NCBI RefSeq assembly: GCF_000195755.1
Contig: NC_002937.3
Location: forward strand, 120,001-152,000
Direction: 5' to 3'
Source of the DNA: Nitratidesulfovibrio vulgaris str. Hildenborough
GTDB taxonomy: Bacteria > Desulfobacterota > Desulfovibrionia > Desulfovibrionales > Desulfovibrionaceae
DNA: 32,000 nt
Below the pieces are notes generated by a model. The model was not told where the DNA came from. It searched no databases and saw only the letters and a program-made list of their open reading frames with translations. A program made the position numbers and the translations under genes. The stretch's first letter is position 1. Every line of letters begins with the position of its first letter. This document shows positions 27,073-32,000 of this stretch, piece after piece.

Positions 27073-27116
27073 CCACCCCTTGTGGCGTTTCATAACCTCC
27101 AGCAAAGGACACCCTG

Positions 27117-27497
27117 ATGACGGCTTTCGTTCCCGATTTCGGCAAGGCTGGCGGGCTTGTGCCTGCCATCGCCCAGGATGCCGACACCGGAGAGGTGCTC
27201 ATGATGGCCTGGATGAATGCAGAGGCCTTCGAGATGACCCTCAAGACCGGTGAAGCCCATTACTTCAGCCGCAGCCGTGGCCGGCTGTGGCATAAGGGCG
27301 GAACGTCGGGACATACCCAGCATATCAGGGCCGTCCGCCTCGACTGCGACAGCGATACCATTCTGCTGCTCGTGGAACAGAGAGGTGGCGCGGCCTGCCA
27401 TGAAGGGTACAGAAGCTGTTTCTACCGCGAAATGAAGGACGGCGAGGTCTCCATCTGCTCGCCCAAGGTGTTCGACCCCAAGGAGGTCTACAAATGA
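27117..27497 (+). CDS. hisI: phosphoribosyl-AMP cyclohydrolase (monofunctional)
   Basis: 126 aa with [26 protein letters not shown]...[18 protein letters not shown]...[27 protein letters not shown]. The stop overlaps the hisG start (ATGA). Confidence 0.95.
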   Translation: MTAFVPDFGKAGGLVPAIAQDADTGEVLMMAWMNAEAFEMTLKTGEAHYFSRSRGRLWHKGGTSGHTQHIRAVRLDCDSDTILLLVEQRGGAACHEGYRSCFYREMKDGEVSICSPKVFDPKEVYK

Positions 27498-28375
27498 GTA
27501 TCCGCACTCCCATGAAGCTGGGCATTCCCAAGGGCTCTCTCGAAGAGGCCACCATCAACCTGCTCGCCCGTTCCGGCTGGAAGATACGCAAACATCACCG
27601 CAACTACTTCCCCGAGATCAACGACCCCGAACTCACCGCCCGTCTGTGCCGCGTGCAGGAGATTCCCCGTTACATCGAGGACGGCATCCTCGACGTGGGA
27701 CTCACCGGCAAGGACTGGCTGCTCGAGACCGGGTCCGATGTGGTCGTGGTGTCCGACCTCGTGTACTCCAAGGTGAGCAACCGTCCCGCACGCTGGGTGC
27801 TGGCCGTGGCGGGCGACTCGCCCTACACCCGCCCCGAAGACCTTGCGGGCAAGCGCATCGCCACCGAACTTCTGGGCGTCACCAAGCGGTACTTCGCGGA
27901 TGCGGGCATCGAGGTGAACGTGCAGTACTCGTGGGGCGCCACCGAGGCCAAGGTCGTGGAAGGTCTCGCCGACGCCATCGTCGAGGTGACGGAGACGGGA
28001 ACCACCATCAAGGCCCACGGCCTGCGCATCATCTCCGAGGTGCTGCTCACCAACACCGTGCTCATCGCCAACCGCGCGGCGTGGGAAGACCCCTGCCGCC
28101 GCCGCAAGATCGAGCAGATAGACCTGCTGCTGCAAGGCGCGTTGCGTGCCGATTCGCTGGTGGGTCTCAAGATGAACGTGCCCACTCGCTGCCTCGACGC
28201 GGTGCTCGACCAGTTGCCCAGCCTGAACTCGCCCACGGTGGCAGGGCTGCGCGACAACACGTGGTTCGCCGTGGAGATCGTGGTGGACAACGGGGTGGTG
28301 CGCGACCTCATTCCCCGCCTGCGTGAGGCAGGGGCCGAGGGCATCATCGAATATGCCCTGAACAAGGTCATCTAG
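27494..28375 (+). CDS. hisG: ATP phosphoribosyltransferase, long form
   Basis: AGGAGG RBS. 293 aa with [47 protein letters not shown], and a C-terminal regulatory domain. Confidence 0.95.
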   Translation: MSIRTPMKLGIPKGSLEEATINLLARSGWKIRKHHRNYFPEINDPELTARLCRVQEIPRYIEDGILDVGLTGKDWLLETGSDVVVVSDLVYSKVSNRPARWVLAVAGDSPYTRPEDLAGKRIATELLGVTKRYFADAGIEVNVQYSWGATEAKVVEGLADAIVEVTETGTTIKAHGLRIISEVLLTNTVLIANRAAWEDPCRRRKIEQIDLLLQGALRADSLVGLKMNVPTRCLDAVLDQLPSLNSPTVAGLRDNTWFAVEIVVDNGVVRDLIPRLREAGAEGIIEYALNKVI

Positions 28376-28402
28376 CTGGCCGAATCTTCAGCCTGTCCGT
28401 CC

Positions 28403-28439
28403 GGGCGGGGCGGCGCTGCCGTCCCGCCCTTGTCTTTTT
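28403..28439 (+). terminator. rho-independent terminator after hisG
   Basis: 12-bp stem GGGCGGGGCGGC / GCCGTCCCGCCC (one G-U pair) with loop GCT, followed by TTGTCTTTTT. Confidence 0.8.
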
Positions 28440-28474
28440 CTCATCGTCCTTCCACCTCCATGACAGGAGGCCCC

Positions 28475-29380
28475 ATGTCTGCACCCATTCCCACCCGGTC
28501 GGTGAAGTTGTCTCAATCGCCCTGTGCGGCAGATTCGAGCGAATCGGCCCATCGCGTCCCGTTCCGTATCCCTGAACGGCTGTACGGCATCGTCGGGCAT
28601 CCGCTCGGCCACACCCTGAGCCCGTTGCTGCACAACTGGGGCTTCGCCCTGCACAGCCTGCCTGCGGTGTACATGGCGTGGCCCGTGCCGCCGGGGAGGT
28701 TCGCGTCGTTCATGGAGGCTGTGCGCACGCTGCCTGTGCATGGTGCCAGCGTCACCATCCCCCACAAGGAGGAGGCATTGCGCCTGTGCGACCGTGTCAC
28801 GGACAGGGCGCGGGCGGTGGGGGCGGTGAACACGCTCTTTCTTGAAGACGGGGTCGTGTGCGGGGAGAATACCGATGTGACAGGCTTTCTCGCCCCGTTG
28901 CGTGCCCGTGGCGTGCGCATCGACGAAGCCCTCGTGCTGGGTGCGGGCGGTGCTGCGCGCGCCGTGCTGGCGGGGCTTGTCGAACTGGGGGTGCGCCGGG
29001 TGCGCATCTCCAACCGTACCCACGACAAGGCCATGGAACTTGCCGGGGCGTTCGGTGCCGATGTCGTGCCGTGGGATGAGCGCGGGAGTGCCGCCGCGGG
29101 GCTTGTGGTCAACACCACCCCGTGCGGGATGCAGGGCGCACGCATGGGCGAATCGCCTTTGCCCGAAGGGGCATTCTCGGGCCGTGGCATGGCCTACGAC
29201 CTTGTGTACAACCCCCTCACGACGCGCTTTCTCGCCGATGCGCGTGCGGCAGGGTGGGAGACGCAGGACGGGCTTGGCATGTTCGTGGAACAGGGGCGCG
29301 AGCAATTCCGCATCTGGACGGGACTGGACCTGCCTGCCGAGGGTGCGCGTCGTCTGATTGCGGAAGCCCTCGGGCTGTGA
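28475..29380 (+). CDS. aroE: shikimate 5-dehydrogenase, 301 aa
   Basis: ATG at 28475, 4 nt after AGGAGG. Motifs GIVGHPLGHTLSPLLHN, SVTIPHKE, AVNT, ENTDVTGF and GAGGAARAV. About 30 aa of N-terminal extension precedes the first motif. Confidence 0.9.
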   Translation: MSAPIPTRSVKLSQSPCAADSSESAHRVPFRIPERLYGIVGHPLGHTLSPLLHNWGFALHSLPAVYMAWPVPPGRFASFMEAVRTLPVHGASVTIPHKEEALRLCDRVTDRARAVGAVNTLFLEDGVVCGENTDVTGFLAPLRARGVRIDEALVLGAGGAARAVLAGLVELGVRRVRISNRTHDKAMELAGAFGADVVPWDERGSAAAGLVVNTTPCGMQGARMGESPLPEGAFSGRGMAYDLVYNPLTTRFLADARAAGWETQDGLGMFVEQGREQFRIWTGLDLPAEGARRLIAEALGL

Positions 29381-29718
29381 GTGGCGCAGAGGTTGACGCC
29401 GCCTCTCCCGCTAAGGCATCGGGTCTGCCGGGGCTCTGTTGGGTCGACCGGGTGTTGACTGGCCCTCGGGGGGGGTGGGGCGTTGTCGGGTACTTGAGGC
29501 GGGTGGTGTCTACCGGGATGCCGACCATGAGAGGCCGCAGTGGTGAGTGCCGGGTGACCGCAGGGTGAGCGTTTGGGACGAGTTGTCGGGGTGAGTTTCT
29601 GGGCGGGCTTCTGTGGCGTTCCGCCGTGGCGACAAGCGCGAGACCGGATGCGCTGAGGCATAGCCCTTGGCGGATGCTTGGCGGTGGTCAGGGGTCTCGT
29701 CTTTTTCAGGTGAAGAGT

Positions 29719-30795
29719 ATGCTGGTTGTCGGTTGGCTGTCGATGCGTTTCCGATCGCTTTGCGATGATGTCACGCAGGCTGGCTTCGTGCGTCGCGGGT
29801 TTTCTCTAGCTGGTGCAGTGGCGCTGGGCTTGTGGGTGTCATGCATTGCCGCGCCATCGTACGGCCTTGCCGCTGACGGCAGCGACCTGCGTGGAGGTAA
29901 ACCGGGGGCTTCCGTCGCTGAAGACCCGATGGTGTCGCTGGATGCACTGACAGCCCGCCTTGAAGCACGGTTTGGCGGACAGCGACCCACGGCGTGGGGC
30001 GAACGGCTTCCCGGCGTACTCACGCATCTTCCTGCCGCTGCGCTACGCGCTACGCCATCGCCCACGGGGGACGATTCGCTTGCACGACAGCGTGGTGCGA
30101 CTCCGGCGCAGGGCCCCGCAACCCCGCATCGGGGCGTAGCATCCGGTCAACAGGTCCCCACGTCCGGGCAGTTGGCCGACACAGCCGGGGCGCAGGTCAT
30201 GGCCCTCACCCTCGATGCCTGCGGTGGCGGCTATGATGCTGGCATTATCGCTATACTGCGCCGACTGCGGATTCCGGCGACCATCTTCGTCACCGGGCGG
30301 TGGATACGGGAACACCCCGACGCCTTCGCCGACCTCGCCGCCGACCCGCTTTTCGAGATGGCCGACCATGGTGAACGACATCGCCCCGCTTCGGTGACGG
30401 GGCGTAGTGCCTACGGCATCCGTGGGACGGTGTCCGTGCGTGAACTTGTGGAGGAGGTGGAATTTCCTGCGCGAGCCATTCTTGCCGCCACGGGAAAGCG
30501 CCCCGCCTTCTTCAGACCCGGCACTGCCTTCTGCGATGATGTGGCGGTGCAGGTGGTGGGGGCGCTGGGCATGACCGTGGCGGGGTACACCGTCGCCGCC
30601 GACGCGGGTGCCACCCTGCCTGCGCCCGCCGTGCGGCGCAACGTGGAGGCCGCGCCGTCCGGGGCCATCCTGCTGTGCCACATGAACCGCCCTTCCAGCG
30701 GCACGCGTGAGGGGCTGGCGCAGGCCCTTCCCGTCCTGTTGCAGCGCGGGGTGCGCTTCGTCACCTTGTCGGCGGGAGTGGCGTCGGGGCTGTGA
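29719..30795 (+). CDS. polysaccharide deacetylase (NodB-homology) family protein with long N-terminal region (start uncertain: 29626/29719/29743)
   Basis: LTLDACGG, HGERH, FFRPG and LLCHMN follow the NodB motif order. A hydrophobic segment, AGAVALGLWVSCIAAPSYG, lies near the N-terminus. Confidence 0.8.
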   Translation: MLVVGWLSMRFRSLCDDVTQAGFVRRGFSLAGAVALGLWVSCIAAPSYGLAADGSDLRGGKPGASVAEDPMVSLDALTARLEARFGGQRPTAWGERLPGVLTHLPAAALRATPSPTGDDSLARQRGATPAQGPATPHRGVASGQQVPTSGQLADTAGAQVMALTLDACGGGYDAGIIAILRRLRIPATIFVTGRWIREHPDAFADLAADPLFEMADHGERHRPASVTGRSAYGIRGTVSVRELVEEVEFPARAILAATGKRPAFFRPGTAFCDDVAVQVVGALGMTVAGYTVAADAGATLPAPAVRRNVEAAPSGAILLCHMNRPSSGTREGLAQALPVLLQRGVRFVTLSAGVASGL

Positions 30796-30842
30796 CCTCC
30801 GAGGCTGTACAGTCGCTACGGGGGTAGCCGTCGGGCCACGGA

Positions 30843-31760
30843 CTATCCGGATTGCCCGGTTTCTCCGGACCGACTGGACTCCCCGGTTTTCCGGGGCCAA
30901 CCGGGCAAGGCGGTGAAGAGACTGTCCGCCTGCGGGCCGAGTCGGGCCATGCAGTCGTCGCGGAAGGCACGCAATGCTTCGGCAGTGGGAATGACACCGC
31001 GCGGGAAGGCGGGCATCCACGTCTCTCCGCGCAGGATGGCCACGGCCCATCCGCGTACCTCCGGTGCGAAGAAGGCAGGCGTGCGCCGGACGATGGCGGC
31101 CTTGGCCTTCGCGTCATCCGCCGAGGCCCCGACCCAGAATCCGTCGTCGCGCAGCCGGTAGTGCACCAGCGGATAGGGTACGCGCACCCGCCGCATACCG
31201 CACGATGCGGCACGCACCCAGAAATCCCAGTCCTCGTAGGCCGTGGCGGCGGTGTAGCCACCTGTGGCCTCCCATACCTCGCGGCGGAAGAGCGAGGCGG
31301 AATGGCAGGGGTTCTGCGTCGGCAGGACGTTACTGTCGTCGTCGGGGATGTTCACACGGCGGATGTGTTCGCCCCTGTGTTCGAAGTAGTCGCTGCTGGC
31401 GACATGGGCATGGGGTGCGTTGTCGAGGGCTTCGACCATGCGTACAAGGGCTTCTGGTGCCAGCGTGTCGTCCGGGTCGAGGCACAGCATGAGCGCCGCT
31501 TGTGCACGCCGCAGTCCCGCATTGCGGACGGGGCCCGGTCGGCCGACCCTCGACAGGGGCACGACGGTGAACGCTTTCCACGGGTGGCATGCCTGCCAGC
31601 GGGCGGCACGTTCGAGTGAGTCGTCGCCGCTGGCGTCATCCACCACGATGACCTCCATCCGCTGCACCGGAAGGGTCTGGGCCGCGAGGGAGTCGAGGCA
31701 GGCGTCGAGGTACCTGCCGTAGTCGTGGTTGGGGATGACGATGGAGACCTGTGGCGACAT
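30843..31760 (-). CDS. family 2 glycosyltransferase, 305 aa
   Basis: I trimmed the start to the ATG at 31760 (AGGAAA 5 nt upstream). VSIVIPNHDYGRYLDACLDSLAAQT...VIVVDDASGDDS...LDPDD are GT2 signatures. Confidence 0.85.
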   Translation of the reverse strand: MSPQVSIVIPNHDYGRYLDACLDSLAAQTLPVQRMEVIVVDDASGDDSLERAARWQACHPWKAFTVVPLSRVGRPGPVRNAGLRRAQAALMLCLDPDDTLAPEALVRMVEALDNAPHAHVASSDYFEHRGEHIRRVNIPDDDSNVLPTQNPCHSASLFRREVWEATGGYTAATAYEDWDFWVRAASCGMRRVRVPYPLVHYRLRDDGFWVGASADDAKAKAAIVRRTPAFFAPEVRGWAVAILRGETWMPAFPRGVIPTAEALRAFRDDCMARLGPQADSLFTALPGWPRKTGESSRSGETGQSG

Positions 31761-31957
31761 GGTTTTCCTGTTATCTTGAGGATTGCGCCCATACGCTGCG
31801 CTGTCGTGCCGTTGCCTGCATGGGCGTATCCGGTTTGCCATGCCGCGTTCATCCATCCGGTTGCGGTCAGTCTGCCGACCGGCGGTCGACCGGGTGCAGC
31901 CCCGCAGCCCCCCCGCAGCCTGTGGCCACCCGTAGCTATCCGCAATCGCGCCTTGTA

Positions 31958-31990
31958 CCGCCCTCGGGCCGTCCTTGGGCCGCCCTTGGG
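31958..31990. repeat. 11-bp tandem repeat x3 (CCGCCCTCGGG CCGTCCTTGGG CCGCCCTTGGG) just upstream of AGGAGG at 31992-31997
   Basis: Read directly. The period is not a multiple of 3. The repeat sits in the divergent region upstream of the GT2 gene, and a plus-strand gene probably starts just beyond the window. Confidence 0.7.
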
Positions 31991-32000
31991 CAGGAGGTCG

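Noticed and set aside
31795-31812. Minus-strand cGGCACGacagCGCA upstream of the GT2 gene
   Set aside because: The -24 half is good, but the GG to GC spacing is one nucleotide short. Sigma54 is intolerant of spacing changes.

Overview
High-GC (roughly 65%) chromosomal segment with Desulfovibrio-type gene content. The gene order matches my unverified memory of the D. vulgaris Hildenborough DVU0093-DVU0117 neighbourhood; no search was run. I can support 25 protein genes. In order they are: a partial PAS sensor that is missing from the ORF track because it runs off the left edge, a PHP-GT4 fusion, an MCP, potDCBA, a divergent TonB / TonB-dependent receptor pair followed by a two-domain SAM methyltransferase and a ZnuABC/Tro-like ABC importer, glnQPH, an NtrB/NtrC-like sigma54 two-component pair, a REC-REC regulator whose stop overlaps the start of a class II photolyase, hisI-hisG, aroE, a polysaccharide deacetylase and a GT2. 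I saw no rRNA, tRNA, CRISPR, transposase, integrase or recognisable defence genes. Many long ORFs in the track are antisense shadows typical of high-GC DNA. The four items I would look at first are: (1) the TonB / receptor / dual-methyltransferase / ABC metal-uptake island, which has a near-consensus sigma54 promoter in front of the ABC genes; (2) the 1.06 kb non-coding glnH/HK spacer, which carries a perfect 18-20 bp palindrome, recurring half-sites and a terminator-like hairpin, and may be a regulatory hub or sRNA locus; (3) the two-component to REC-REC to photolyase gene string; (4) the 640 bp pyrimidine-skewed spacer with a 13-bp x3 tandem repeat upstream of hisI. All functional interpretations are inference from sequence motifs read by eye.
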